A DNA stretch of 64,000 nt, taken from the NCBI GenBank assembly GCA_032250835.1, contig JAVVEA010000004.1:64001-128000 (forward strand), given 5' to 3'. The DNA is from a bacterium. Its GTDB lineage: Bacteria > SAR324 > XYD2-FULL-50-16. Under the pieces are notes generated by a model. The model did not search any database and was not told the origin of the DNA. It saw nothing but the letters and a program-made list of their open reading frames with translations. Position 1 is the first letter of the stretch; every line of letters begins with the position of its first letter. Below, piece by piece: positions 27,206 through 36,971 of the stretch. Both the position numbers and the translations under genes were made by a program.

Positions 27206-28954
27206 TTAATAGCTATAACTCTCTTTAAGGTAACAAGTGACCCCGGCACTACAGGCGGTGGTGCAGGACCCGGTGTTGGCGTTAGCCACTAGGCATTGGG
27301 TGCCCCCGTTGCTGACCGGAACCGAGTGGGTCTCGAAGAGGTTGGAGTCGTAGTTATATCGGGTTTGATAGGTCGCCGTGGCCGTGCCGGCGGCGACGTT
27401 ATAATACTGGACGGTGCTAAGCTGGTGGGCGCTGCCATATTGGTAGTCGGTGCGCCCCGAAAGCACAAAGACGCCGCCGCTATAGGTATAGCTCAATTCA
27501 GAGGTCAGCTGGCCCAAGCTGTTGTAGACTTTGTCCACCTTTGAAGCGGGCGTGCCTTCATAGGCGCTGCCTCCGGCGGCGCAGGCATAGGTTTCGGTGC
27601 TCTCGCTTAGGTTGAGGCTGCTGTCCTGGGTATAGCTATAAACCAACTTGCTGCGGCCGGTGCAACTGCGGGTGGCACCGGAAATATCCCAGATTTCCTT
27701 AGAGGCAATCCGTCCTTCGCTATCTTGGGTGTAGAGGTCTTGGCGGTCTTTGGTGTTGCGGCTCGGGTCCGACCAATGGTCCACCTGATCTAAAACCCCT
27801 TGGGCGCTGTAGCTATAAGTTTCCACAAAGCCCGTCCCGTCGGCGGCTTGGTAGGTATCGCTGACCAGCTGTCCCATTGAGTCATAAAGATAAGTGCGGT
27901 CCCAGTCGCTGGTGCTGCTGCCTGCTGAATACTGACTAACCGTTTTTTGGCTCAGTCGGCGCTGGGTATAGTTGGCGTAGGTCTCGAGGGTTTCTTGTCG
28001 CAGCTGTAAGCTCTCGGCGTTGTCGTAGTCCATCAGGCTGGTGGTCACCGTTGAGGCCCCCTGGTCGATCACTACCTGCTCTACTTGCTTAGCATAAGAT
28101 CCGCTCAAAGCACAGGTAACGGTCTTGGCCGCTTGGGTGATGGTGGCGCTGTAGTGGTTTAAGTTGCCAAGGCCGTCTTCGCAGCGGGTGGTGCGGGTCC
28201 GGGTTTCTACCTGTCCGCTGGTGCTGGTGCTGCGGCTGGTGCTGGTGCGCCCTACTAAGCTAAGCGTCCCGGCGGTGCTGCCATCGTAATAATCCAGCTG
28301 GCTGCGGTACCAGCCCCCGGTGCCGAAGGGGTCGGCGGTGTAGTTGTGGATTTCTTGGTATAGCTTTTGGCCAGCCGGTAGGCTGGTCCCCGCTTTGGTG
28401 ACCAGATAGGTGAGCGTCTTTGAGCTAGGCAGTCCGTTCGCGAGCGCAACAGATTCACTGCGGCTATATTCGGAGCCATCCACGGCGTTGTAGGCGACTT
28501 CAGCCCCGCTGCCGTCGATCTGCTGGGTTACGCGGCTCGAATATAGCACCGTGGAGACACCCTGGTAGCGGGTCACTTGTTCGGCCAGCTGGCCGCTTTG
28601 AAAGCGCCAAAGCTGCTCTCCCGAAAGGCTGGCATCAACGCTGGGCGAGGCGGTGCGGTCGATTTTATAGGCCTGAGCGCCTAGAGCGCGGTAACCTAAA
28701 CTCCAGGCGTAGCCGGTGTTAAAGGCTTCGGTGCCGTTCACTTCGGTCTTGTAAATGCCTTTGACCCGGTTGGTGGAACCGCCGAAGTTACCATTACTGT
28801 CTGGGTTGGTGAAGATTTGGTCAACATAGTTGGCCGCCGAACGAACCAAGTCGCCCGACTGCAACCCCGCGCTGGCCCCATTGTCCCGCTGGCAACTGCC
28901 CGCTAGCAGGGCGAGCCCGCCTAAAATCCCGATGATCTGCTGTCCTTTGTTCAT
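27206..28954 (-). CDS. Lipoprotein with YD/RHS-like beta repeats
   Basis: Lipobox LLAGSC; repeats YLYDSMGQL, YTQDSEGRI, VYNSLGQL; Ser/Thr/Tyr-rich. Confidence 0.78.
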   Translation of the reverse strand: MNKGQQIIGILGGLALLAGSCQRDNGASAGLQSGDLVRSAANYVDQIFTNPDSNGNFGGSTNRVKGIYKTEVNGTEAFNTGYAWSLGYRALGAQAYKIDRTASPSVDASLSGEQLWRFQSGQLAEQVTRYQGVSTVLYSSRVTQQIDGSGAEVAYNAVDGSEYSRSESVALANGLPSSKTLTYLVTKAGTSLPAGQKLYQEIHNYTADPFGTGGWYRSQLDYYDGSTAGTLSLVGRTSTSRSTSTSGQVETRTRTTRCEDGLGNLNHYSATITQAAKTVTCALSGSYAKQVEQVVIDQGASTVTTSLMDYDNAESLQLRQETLETYANYTQRRLSQKTVSQYSAGSSTSDWDRTYLYDSMGQLVSDTYQAADGTGFVETYSYSAQGVLDQVDHWSDPSRNTKDRQDLYTQDSEGRIASKEIWDISGATRSCTGRSKLVYSYTQDSSLNLSESTETYACAAGGSAYEGTPASKVDKVYNSLGQLTSELSYTYSGGVFVLSGRTDYQYGSAHQLSTVQYYNVAAGTATATYQTRYNYDSNLFETHSVPVSNGGTQCLVANANTGSCTTACSAGVTCYLKESYSY

Positions 28955-28956
28955 GC

Positions 28957-29541
28957 TCAGAAATGGTAGGCTGCGCCGAAGAGCAGTTGGTTGGTGCCTA
29001 AGGAGATTTTAGTGCCCCCTAATTCTGCGCTGGCCGAAGTGATCAGGAGATCTACGCCCATATCCAAATCTTCGATCAGCCCCACTTGGTAATGCAGGCC
29101 GCAGCCGAACAACCACCCGGCTGCGTTGGCCGAGGCATCGGCGGCACCCTGGTTGGTGGTCATTTTAGCACTCACCTGGGTCAGTCCCCATTGGCTGCGC
29201 AGGTCGAAACGGTCCGAGAGGGGGTAGAGGTGCAGGTAGGCTAGGTACCACTCGGTGACCTTGAAGCGGTGCGACCAGTCTTTGTTGTAGGCGGTATATT
29301 CTAGCTTGGCGCTATGTTGCAGGTAGCCTGCGGAAAAACGCAGCCAGTCGGCCAACCCTAAATCTCCCCAAAGGGCTTGGGGCAGGCTGGTCGCCTTGAG
29401 TTCCGACTCTTCGGGAATTTGGTTTAAGCCCACCGCCGCTCCGAGCGAAAGCTCCAGGCCGCCTGAGTGGGTTTTAGCCCATTGGGCCTGTGCGCTTTGA
29501 GCAAACAGCAGGGCTAGGCACAGGACGAAAATTCCTTTCAT
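28957..29541 (-). CDS. Small outer-membrane beta-barrel protein
   Basis: Start MKGIF at 29541, signal peptide ending AQA, C-terminal GAAYHF. Confidence 0.78.
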   Translation of the reverse strand: MKGIFVLCLALLFAQSAQAQWAKTHSGGLELSLGAAVGLNQIPEESELKATSLPQALWGDLGLADWLRFSAGYLQHSAKLEYTAYNKDWSHRFKVTEWYLAYLHLYPLSDRFDLRSQWGLTQVSAKMTTNQGAADASANAAGWLFGCGLHYQVGLIEDLDMGVDLLITSASAELGGTKISLGTNQLLFGAAYHF

Positions 29542-29596
29542 GTTCCATCTCCTTGGAAGGCTAGGTTCCAAGGTAGCCTTGAGATAAGCAAATCGT

Positions 29597-30886
29597 CTAG
29601 TGCTCTGATTGGGTGAATTGGTCGCCATATTGTTGCGCTATCGCCTTGATCTGCTCTTCAATCTGGAAGAACAACGTCACCAAGAGCGGGTCGAAGTGGC
29701 TGCCTTTGCCCTCGGCGATAATGTCCACCGCTTTCTGGTGGGAAAAGGCGGGCTTGTAGACTCGTTTGGAAATCAACGCATCATAGACATCGGCGATCGC
29801 CATCAGCCGGCCCGCCAGGGGGATTTCTTCACCCTTGAGCCCTCTCGGGTAGCCGCTTCCGTCCCATTTCTCGTGGTGTGTCCAGGCGATTTCTTTGGCT
29901 ATCTTTAAGAAGCTGCTTCCGCCCAGGTGCTTTTCAGCCACTTCTAGCGCCTTGGCCCCCAACAGGGCATGTTGTTTCATTTGGGCAAATTCTTCGTCTG
30001 TATGCTTGCCCGGCTTGAGCAAGATCGCATCGGCTATGCCCACCTTGCCGATGTCGTGCAGCGGTGCGGATTTGTAGAGCAGTTCCACCACCGGGGGGCT
30101 CAAAGACCCGGCAAACTCAGGGCGCTGGGCCAGCGTCTCGGCTAAGGCCCGAACATACCTTTGGGTCCGCAAAACATGGGCCCCGGTCTCGTTGTCGCGG
30201 GTTTCGGCCAAGCTGGCGAGGGCCAAGATGGTTGCTTCTTGGGTGCGGCCTAGCTCTTGGTTAACCTGCTTGAGGCCAGTGATCATCTGGTTAGTGTAGT
30301 GGGCGATGCGGCCAAATTCGTCGTTGCTGGCCACCGGCACGTTGCGCTCTAAAGAGCCTCCGGCCACTTGGGCCAAAACGTTGGACTGACTCTCGAAGAA
30401 GAGCCCGAGGTTTTTTGCAAAGGACAGGATCAGATTAAATAGATGACCCAGCGCCACCAACACCACAAAGCCAAATTCCAGCAAGATCGCTCGTTGGGCC
30501 TCCTTTAGGGTCTCTTTATTGGCCCCCAGCATCCAGTCTAGGTCTTTGTTGACCACCAAAAAAAAGATGCTGCCCAAGAGCAATCCTAAGACCAAGGCCA
30601 AGGCAGAGAGCTTGCGGGGGATCGGCCAAAAACGGTCGGGCCCGCCCGCTTCGCCCGGTTGTTTGGAGAGTAGCTCAAAGGCTCGCCTGCCTTGAGATAA
30701 AGACAGATCCATGGCCGCAAAGAGGCCCAAGAAGGCCATGCCGCTGATGATTTTGGCCCCGCTGCCCCAGGGAAAGTGGTGCACTACCCGATTAAAAGCA
30801 GCCAGCAGGACCGCGGCAGTCAGGTACAGGCCCAAGTGCATCCAAAAGGAGCGGCGGCCCCAATGGCGCGGTGGGGCCGATTGCAC
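29597..30886 (-). CDS. Membrane HAMP + HD-GYP c-di-GMP phosphodiesterase
   Basis: 4 TM, SNDEFG, ETRDNETGAH, LHDIGK, HHEKWDGSGYP, ADVYDAL, RVYK. Confidence 0.93.
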   Translation of the reverse strand: MQSAPPRHWGRRSFWMHLGLYLTAAVLLAAFNRVVHHFPWGSGAKIISGMAFLGLFAAMDLSLSQGRRAFELLSKQPGEAGGPDRFWPIPRKLSALALVLGLLLGSIFFLVVNKDLDWMLGANKETLKEAQRAILLEFGFVVLVALGHLFNLILSFAKNLGLFFESQSNVLAQVAGGSLERNVPVASNDEFGRIAHYTNQMITGLKQVNQELGRTQEATILALASLAETRDNETGAHVLRTQRYVRALAETLAQRPEFAGSLSPPVVELLYKSAPLHDIGKVGIADAILLKPGKHTDEEFAQMKQHALLGAKALEVAEKHLGGSSFLKIAKEIAWTHHEKWDGSGYPRGLKGEEIPLAGRLMAIADVYDALISKRVYKPAFSHQKAVDIIAEGKGSHFDPLLVTLFFQIEEQIKAIAQQYGDQFTQSEH

Positions 30887-31112
30887 CCAGCGCCGTTTTA
30901 GGGGATGTTGGGCTAACTACAAAACCCCAAAGGCCACCGCTAAGGGGAGCCCTAATTGTAAGGCCGTCAGGCTTTCTAAAAAGGGACAGACCTGAATCCC
31001 GTAAAGGGACATCAAGAGCCATCCGCTCAGGTAGTGGATCGAAGCGCGCATAGGTACCGACAGAGTTTAATTATCAAGCTAATCCCTTTTGACGTCCCCT
31101 TCAAGTTAGGCT

Positions 31113-31949
31113 TTAGTTTGGATGGTCGCAATGGATTATGGAGGACAAGCTGAGCGCCCTTTGGGCCGACTCAAAGGCCTCACCGCCGCGAGAACTGCCC
31201 AGTCCGGTTCGTAGGCCTGCTAAGGCTTGGTCGGGCAGGTGGTTGCAAAGATACTCTTGCAGACGCAAAGCCGCAACTTTAGAGCCCCCTCGGCGGGTCG
31301 CGGGCATCAAAAGGGCAAAGAGATCGTCATCAATGCGCGCCACTAGATCGGTCTTGCGGCTTTGGCGTAGTAACATTTGGGCGATCAATACCCGGGCTTG
31401 GTCGATTTCTGTCTCAGTTTTCAGTTGGGGCTTATAGACCGCCTCAATCAGCAGGATGCTATAATCGGAGCGGTAGCGGCTTTGGCGGATGCGCTCCTCG
31501 CCTATGCGCTGCATAAAATAATGCCGGTTAAACAGCCCGGTTAGGGGTTCTCGGGTCGCTTGGCGGGTTTGGTTGGCAATCTGTAATCCTGCGGCGATCT
31601 GTTCAACCAGTTCTTCGGGGACAAAGGGTTTGACTAGGTAATCGTTGGCCCCTTCGCGCAGCCCCGTGGCCCGGTCCACCACCCGGTCCCTGGCGCTTAA
31701 GAAAATAATATAACATTGAGACAGTTCGCTCTGGGCACGCAACCGACGGCAGACCTCAAATCCGTCCATGCCGGGCATCATGACGTCTAACAAGATCAAG
31801 TCGGGCAAGTGCTCGGTGGCTAGTTTCAGGGCTTCGGCCCCGTCGCCTGCTTCGATCACGTCGACCTCTAGCTTATGTAGCTGGCGTTTGATGGAGCGGC
31901 GAAGGGGGGCTTCGTCGTCGGCGATTAAGATCAGGTTCCGTTTGCTCAT
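31113..31949 (-). CDS. Response regulator with degenerate GGDEF domain
   Basis: ILLDVMMP REC; PLTGLFNR; RKTDLVARIDDDLF. Confidence 0.88.
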   Translation of the reverse strand: MSKRNLILIADDEAPLRRSIKRQLHKLEVDVIEAGDGAEALKLATEHLPDLILLDVMMPGMDGFEVCRRLRAQSELSQCYIIFLSARDRVVDRATGLREGANDYLVKPFVPEELVEQIAAGLQIANQTRQATREPLTGLFNRHYFMQRIGEERIRQSRYRSDYSILLIEAVYKPQLKTETEIDQARVLIAQMLLRQSRKTDLVARIDDDLFALLMPATRRGGSKVAALRLQEYLCNHLPDQALAGLRTGLGSSRGGEAFESAQRALSLSSIIHCDHPN

Positions 31950-34900
31950 GGGTTTTCTTCCCTCGTGGATCGGTCGGCCTGAGAAATCGGTAGCTGTAAG
32001 GTGAACTCAGTGCCCTGTCCTAGTTGGCTTTTTACCTCTATTTTGCCGGAATGGCCTTTGACGATGTTGTAGGTCACCGAAAGTCCCAGCCCGGTGCCCC
32101 GGCCCACGTCTTTGGTGGTGAAAAAGGGCTCGAAGAGCTTGGGCAAATGCTCGGGCTTAATCCCCGCTCCCGTATCGGCAACCCGGATGCGGACCTCACC
32201 GCCCGAGCTTTCGGTGGTTAGGGTAATTTTTCCTTGGGTTTCAATGGCCTGAGCGGCGTTGATGATCAGGTTCAAGAAGACCTGATTGATCTGTTGGGGG
32301 TAACACTCCACCAGGGGTAAGGGGTGGAAGGCTTCGATCACCTCACATTTGTATTTAAGCTCGTTCCAAGCCAGCTGCACGGCCTTGCGTAAAGACTCAT
32401 TTAAGTCCGTCGGGGTCATCTGGTCTTGGTCGGTATGGGCAAATTCTTTGAGGTTGCGCACAATCGCCTTGACCCGCTCGGTGCCCTCAATGGTGTCTTG
32501 AAGCAGTTGGGGGGAATCTTGGAGTATATAAGGCAGTTCCAATTCTTCTTTTAAAGCCTCAAGGCGTTCTCTTAAGCTGGGACTCAACTCCACCTGTTCT
32601 TCTAACTCAGCGTAAAAGGCCAACATCCGGTGGTAGGCCGTTAGGTATTCGGCCAGGGAATTTAGGTTGGAATTAACATAGCCGATGGGGTTGTTGATTT
32701 CATGGGCGACACCTCCCGATAGGGTGCCTAGGGCTTCCATCTTCTGGGACTGGACCAACTGAGCTTGTACCAGCCGGTCTTGGGTGACGTCGGCGCAGAT
32801 GAAAACGATCGAGGCCAATCCGCCCTCAGGGGCCCGGACCGGGGAGATGGTCGCTTCGTAGTAGACAAAGCCACGCTCCGGATCGGGGCGCGAAAGTTCG
32901 CCCCTCCAATCGGCAAAATCCGAGAGGGACTGGCAGATTTCTTGGTAGATGGGCTCGCTCTGTTCCTCACAGGCGAGCTTGCCCGAGACGAAGAGTGCTT
33001 GGGGAAACACCTGGGGGTCTAAGGAAAAGGCGGGGTTTTGGTAGAGCAATTTGCCTTGGGGGTCGGTGATGAAGACCATGTCGTCTACTTGATCGATGGC
33101 GGTGCGCAGCCTCCGTTGGCTTTCTTCGGCTTGGCGGCGTGAACTGATGTCGCGCAAAATGCCCGAATAAAACCGGTGCCCACGCATTTCCCAGGAGGCC
33201 AAGGATAGTTCCCCAGGAAAATCGCTGCCTTCTTTGCGCCGGCCCAATACCTCGTCTACCTGCCTTAATCCCTGTAGGCTACGCCGCTGAGCCGCGGTTT
33301 TTAGGGCCTCTAGGTCATTGACACTGCGGTTGGGCGGGAGGGCCTCTTCGATGCTGCGCCCGATCATTTCTTCTGCGGTATAGCCAAACAGCAACTCGGC
33401 CCCTCGGTTCCAAAAGACCAAGCGCCCCTGCTCGTTGAAGGTCAAGATGGCGTCCATCGAGGCCTGCAATAGGGTGCGTAACTGCTCTTCGGAGTATTGG
33501 AGCGCCTCGGTGGTGCGTCTTTGGTCGGTGATGTCCTGGCCGCTGGCTAAAATCATCCTCGGTTGTCCTGAGGAGTCGAATAACACGCTATTGTGCCAAG
33601 AGATCAACCGTTCGGTTCCGTCGCTGCGGACAATCTTATTTTCGGCGTAGGTCCTTTTCTGGTATTGGTTCTTTAGTAACTTCTCGAAGATATTAGAGAC
33701 CTGCTCAACGGCGCTTTTGGGAACACAATGTTCCAGCCAAGAGCGCCCCAATAGTTCCTTTTCGGTCCAACCCAATATCTTGGTTCCGCTGCGGTTGATC
33801 ATGCGGATTCGGCCTTTTAGATCTAAAGAGACGATCATCACCTCGGCGATGTTGAGATATTCTTGGGCGAGGTTTCGCTGATCGGTCAGTTGGTCTTCGG
33901 CGGCCCGGTGGGCTTCGATCTCGTTGAGCAGGTGGCGGTTGGTGGTGCGTAGGGCTTCGGTGCGCCGGTCGACCTCGGCTTCTAGGCGGTCGGTAGCCTG
34001 TTGGATACGTTCCGTCATTTTGTTAAACCCCTGGGCCAAGAGGGCAAACTCATCTTTACCATGGACCGGAATGGGCCGGGGCTGGTCGCCCTGAGCTAGG
34101 TCTTCCATGGCCTCTTTCAGCTGGTTTACGGGCTTAAAGAGGTAGCGGCTCAGCCACAGGGCCAGCAATACCGAAAGGCCCACTTGAAAGACCAGTAAGC
34201 TCCAATAGAGTCCCCGCAATTGGAAAAGGTTATCCAGCGCCAAGGATTCCTGCAGCCCGATCAATAGAACCCATTGGGCCCTTTGTGCCTGCCCTTCTTT
34301 TAAGGTGACGAACTCGATTGGGAAGTGCGCATGGGCCACCATAAAGATTTCGCCTCCGAAACTTTGCCGGGTCCATTCGCCGCTGAGGCCCCATAGATCC
34401 AACGGCCCGGTCCAATGATCCATCTGCTGCTCAAAGGACGCTGAAGGCGAGAATAACTTGCCCGTTAGGCTCGAAAGGATGGCCCGCTCACTTTGAGATG
34501 CCTTAGGGATCTGGTTTAAAATTTGGGCTAAAAAACCTCGGTCAAGGACCACCAACAAGGTACCCATCAGATGGCCCTGACGCCAAATCGGCACCGACAA
34601 ACCGATGCCCTGGTCATCGACGTTTTTTTGATTACTACGGTCGCTGTAGACTGTTTCTCCCTGACCTTTTGCGGTGGTTTCACGCCACCAGACTTGGTCG
34701 TTGTAAAGAAAATGCGGCACCCGGGCGGAAGCGGCGAGCAAGCGGCCTTGGCGGTCTGTAAGGTAAATAGAGGCAATTTGTTGGTCATGGATGGCCACAT
34801 ATTCACGCAGATTTCGAGAAACTGGGTGGTCGAAGATTTGGTCAGCCCACTGGCTGTTCCCGCCGGATTTTTCCCAGTCTGCTTCGCGCTGTTGGTCCTT

Positions 34901-35158
34901 GGGGCCCAGCGGGAGGCTTGGCTGGACATATAGGGAATTAAAATAGGGAGAATCGGCGAGGCGGCTGGTTTCCAGGGCAAACTGGTTGATCCGAGCCGCC
35001 AGTTGCCCGACCAAAGATTGGGCTTGGGCAGCCATACCCCGGCCCACGAAGTTACGCTGGCTTTCGACGGTCCGCTCGAAGGATTGGTAAGAAAACAGCA
35101 GCAGCGGACCGGTGGCTAATAAAAGTAAACTCAAAAAGAATTTCAGACGTAAGGACAT
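31946..35158 (-). CDS. Membrane sensor histidine kinase (Cache-like, HAMP, 3 PAS)
   Basis: GGVAHEINNP, QVFLNLIINAAQA, DTGAGI, FEPFFTTK, GTGLGL. Confidence 0.95.
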   Translation of the reverse strand: MSLRLKFFLSLLLLATGPLLLFSYQSFERTVESQRNFVGRGMAAQAQSLVGQLAARINQFALETSRLADSPYFNSLYVQPSLPLGPKDQQREADWEKSGGNSQWADQIFDHPVSRNLREYVAIHDQQIASIYLTDRQGRLLAASARVPHFLYNDQVWWRETTAKGQGETVYSDRSNQKNVDDQGIGLSVPIWRQGHLMGTLLVVLDRGFLAQILNQIPKASQSERAILSSLTGKLFSPSASFEQQMDHWTGPLDLWGLSGEWTRQSFGGEIFMVAHAHFPIEFVTLKEGQAQRAQWVLLIGLQESLALDNLFQLRGLYWSLLVFQVGLSVLLALWLSRYLFKPVNQLKEAMEDLAQGDQPRPIPVHGKDEFALLAQGFNKMTERIQQATDRLEAEVDRRTEALRTTNRHLLNEIEAHRAAEDQLTDQRNLAQEYLNIAEVMIVSLDLKGRIRMINRSGTKILGWTEKELLGRSWLEHCVPKSAVEQVSNIFEKLLKNQYQKRTYAENKIVRSDGTERLISWHNSVLFDSSGQPRMILASGQDITDQRRTTEALQYSEEQLRTLLQASMDAILTFNEQGRLVFWNRGAELLFGYTAEEMIGRSIEEALPPNRSVNDLEALKTAAQRRSLQGLRQVDEVLGRRKEGSDFPGELSLASWEMRGHRFYSGILRDISSRRQAEESQRRLRTAIDQVDDMVFITDPQGKLLYQNPAFSLDPQVFPQALFVSGKLACEEQSEPIYQEICQSLSDFADWRGELSRPDPERGFVYYEATISPVRAPEGGLASIVFICADVTQDRLVQAQLVQSQKMEALGTLSGGVAHEINNPIGYVNSNLNSLAEYLTAYHRMLAFYAELEEQVELSPSLRERLEALKEELELPYILQDSPQLLQDTIEGTERVKAIVRNLKEFAHTDQDQMTPTDLNESLRKAVQLAWNELKYKCEVIEAFHPLPLVECYPQQINQVFLNLIINAAQAIETQGKITLTTESSGGEVRIRVADTGAGIKPEHLPKLFEPFFTTKDVGRGTGLGLSVTYNIVKGHSGKIEVKSQLGQGTEFTLQLPISQADRSTREENP

Positions 35159-35240
35159 GCAGAAACCTGGGGCTATTTTACTTCAGGGCATTTTACCCTT
35201 CCAAGGTCGCTGTGACCAGAAGGTTTTTTTTGGTTCCTTT

Positions 35241-36497
35241 TTAAAGAACGCCGACCCATTCTTCTAGGTCCGTTAACGACTTGAGGTAGGCGGCTTGCGC
35301 CTTGAGGTAGCGTACTTCAAGGTCCAGGAGTTGGGCCTTGGACATCAACACCTTGCCGATGTTTTTTTGCCCGGCACTGTACAGCCGCTCATTGAGGCTC
35401 CCGGCGCGCCGCGCCGGAGGTAAGATTTTCTCTTCAAACAGCTTGATCATGCGTTGGGCATTGACCACGTGGTTGTAGTGTTGGGCCACCTGCTCGCGTA
35501 CCTGTTGGGCCATCTCTTCATATTCCGAGGCGCTCCGTTCTTGGGCAAATTGGGCTGCTTTAAAACGGCCTTGGTTTTTACCTGAACCCCAAGGGAGGCT
35601 GATCCCCAGACTTAAGTTGTAGGCGTCTTTGCCCGAGTCGGCCAAGCTGGCATTGGCGCTGGGGCCGATCTGGAAGTAGTTGATCCCGAGTTCAAGCGCC
35701 GGAGCGTTGGCTTTAGAGCCTTCGAGTTGAGCCTTTAATCGGTCTGCCTGCGCTTGGGCTTGTAAGGCGAGAAGGCCGGGGTATTGGGCTAAGGCCCGGT
35801 CGATGAGCGGCTCTAAGGGGCGCTCAAAGTGGGGCAGCGGGGGGGCGGCGACTTGTTCCACCAAAGGCTCACCGCCGCGTCCTAGCAGGTGGTTGAGGCG
35901 TACCTGGGCGTCGGTTAAGCGGTCTTGCATCTCCAGTAATTGATAGGCGCTCTCCCCGGCACGCGCCTGGGCTTCAAAGATGCTGTCTAAAAGGTTTTGG
36001 TTGCGTTGGCTTTCGATGCTGCCCATTTGGACGAGCCGCTCGATCACCTCCTGGATTTCACCGAGCAACTCAGGCATGGCCGCAAACTGCCAGAGGTCAT
36101 AGTAGGTGGCCTTGACATCCCGGCGGATTTTCCGCTCGACCACCTTAAGGCGGTACTCCGCCGCCTGGGCCTCCAATTGGGCCGCATCCTCGGCTTTGCT
36201 GGTCCAGCCGGGGAAAGGGAGCTTCTGGCTGATGCTGATGATCCGGTCCTGGGGCCCCAGGCGAGTTTCTATCGGTTCGATGAACTGTTGGACCTTAAGC
36301 TGGGTGGGCTCCCAGCCCTGGGCTTCTTGCACCTTGGCTTGGCTCGCCCCCAAGGCGGCTTGGGCCGCCACGAGGCGCGGGTTTTGGCGCTCTGCGACTT
36401 CCAGTAACTGGTCCAAGCCCACCCCCCTTTGGGGGAGCGGAGCCGCCCAGAGCAGGGGGACCCAGAGCAAAAAAAGGCAGCTAAATACAGCTTTCAT
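35241..36497 (-). CDS. TolC/CusC-family outer membrane factor
   Basis: Signal peptide, QNPRL, ISQKLPFPG, LGISLPW; last gene of the cus operon. Confidence 0.88.
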   Translation of the reverse strand: MKAVFSCLFLLWVPLLWAAPLPQRGVGLDQLLEVAERQNPRLVAAQAALGASQAKVQEAQGWEPTQLKVQQFIEPIETRLGPQDRIISISQKLPFPGWTSKAEDAAQLEAQAAEYRLKVVERKIRRDVKATYYDLWQFAAMPELLGEIQEVIERLVQMGSIESQRNQNLLDSIFEAQARAGESAYQLLEMQDRLTDAQVRLNHLLGRGGEPLVEQVAAPPLPHFERPLEPLIDRALAQYPGLLALQAQAQADRLKAQLEGSKANAPALELGINYFQIGPSANASLADSGKDAYNLSLGISLPWGSGKNQGRFKAAQFAQERSASEYEEMAQQVREQVAQHYNHVVNAQRMIKLFEEKILPPARRAGSLNERLYSAGQKNIGKVLMSKAQLLDLEVRYLKAQAAYLKSLTDLEEWVGVL

Positions 36498-36500
36498 GGT

Positions 36501-36971
36501 CTATTTGGTGATGAACTTGAGGGTGGCTACGTCTTTGACCCCGCCCAAGTCGATATGTAAATCCAATTTCCAATAGCCGTCCATCTGTACCGGGAAGTTG
36601 AACCGGAACTTACCGTCTCCTAAAGCCTCTACCTGGACCTCGGGCAGTTGCATTTCCATGCCCGGCATGTGGTAGCTGGCCGAAGTGATGGTGGCCGCAC
36701 TGGCCGGGGTGTTGTCGCGGGCCACAACGGTGATTTCGAAACTAGCCATGCCCTTGCCGGTGGGCACCAGCGGGGCAAGGACCTTAAATTGGCGGCGCTT
36801 GGACCAATATTCGGTCTTTTTGAAGGGGCCCAGCGGGGCCTTGCCTAGTTTTTGGCTCATTTGGCTGTTCCCGGAATGATCCATGCCTTCCATACCGGCC
36901 ATGCCTTGGGCGAAGGCGGTTGGAGCTAGGCCCAAGAAGGTGAAACAAAGGGCTAAGGTTAAAGTTTTCAA
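36501..36971 (-). CDS. Periplasmic YtkA/FixH-like protein with Met/His-rich N-terminus
   Basis: Signal peptide, GMAGMEGMDHS, HMPGMEM, MDGYW. Confidence 0.75.
   Translation of the reverse strand: MKTLTLALCFTFLGLAPTAFAQGMAGMEGMDHSGNSQMSQKLGKAPLGPFKKTEYWSKRRQFKVLAPLVPTGKGMASFEITVVARDNTPASAATITSASYHMPGMEMQLPEVQVEALGDGKFRFNFPVQMDGYWKLDLHIDLGGVKDVATLKFITK

Noticed and set aside
31008-31050. ATCAAGAG as a SAM-I riboswitch start
   Set aside because: No GAGGGA, GCAACC or GTGC elements, and no downstream gene on that strand.
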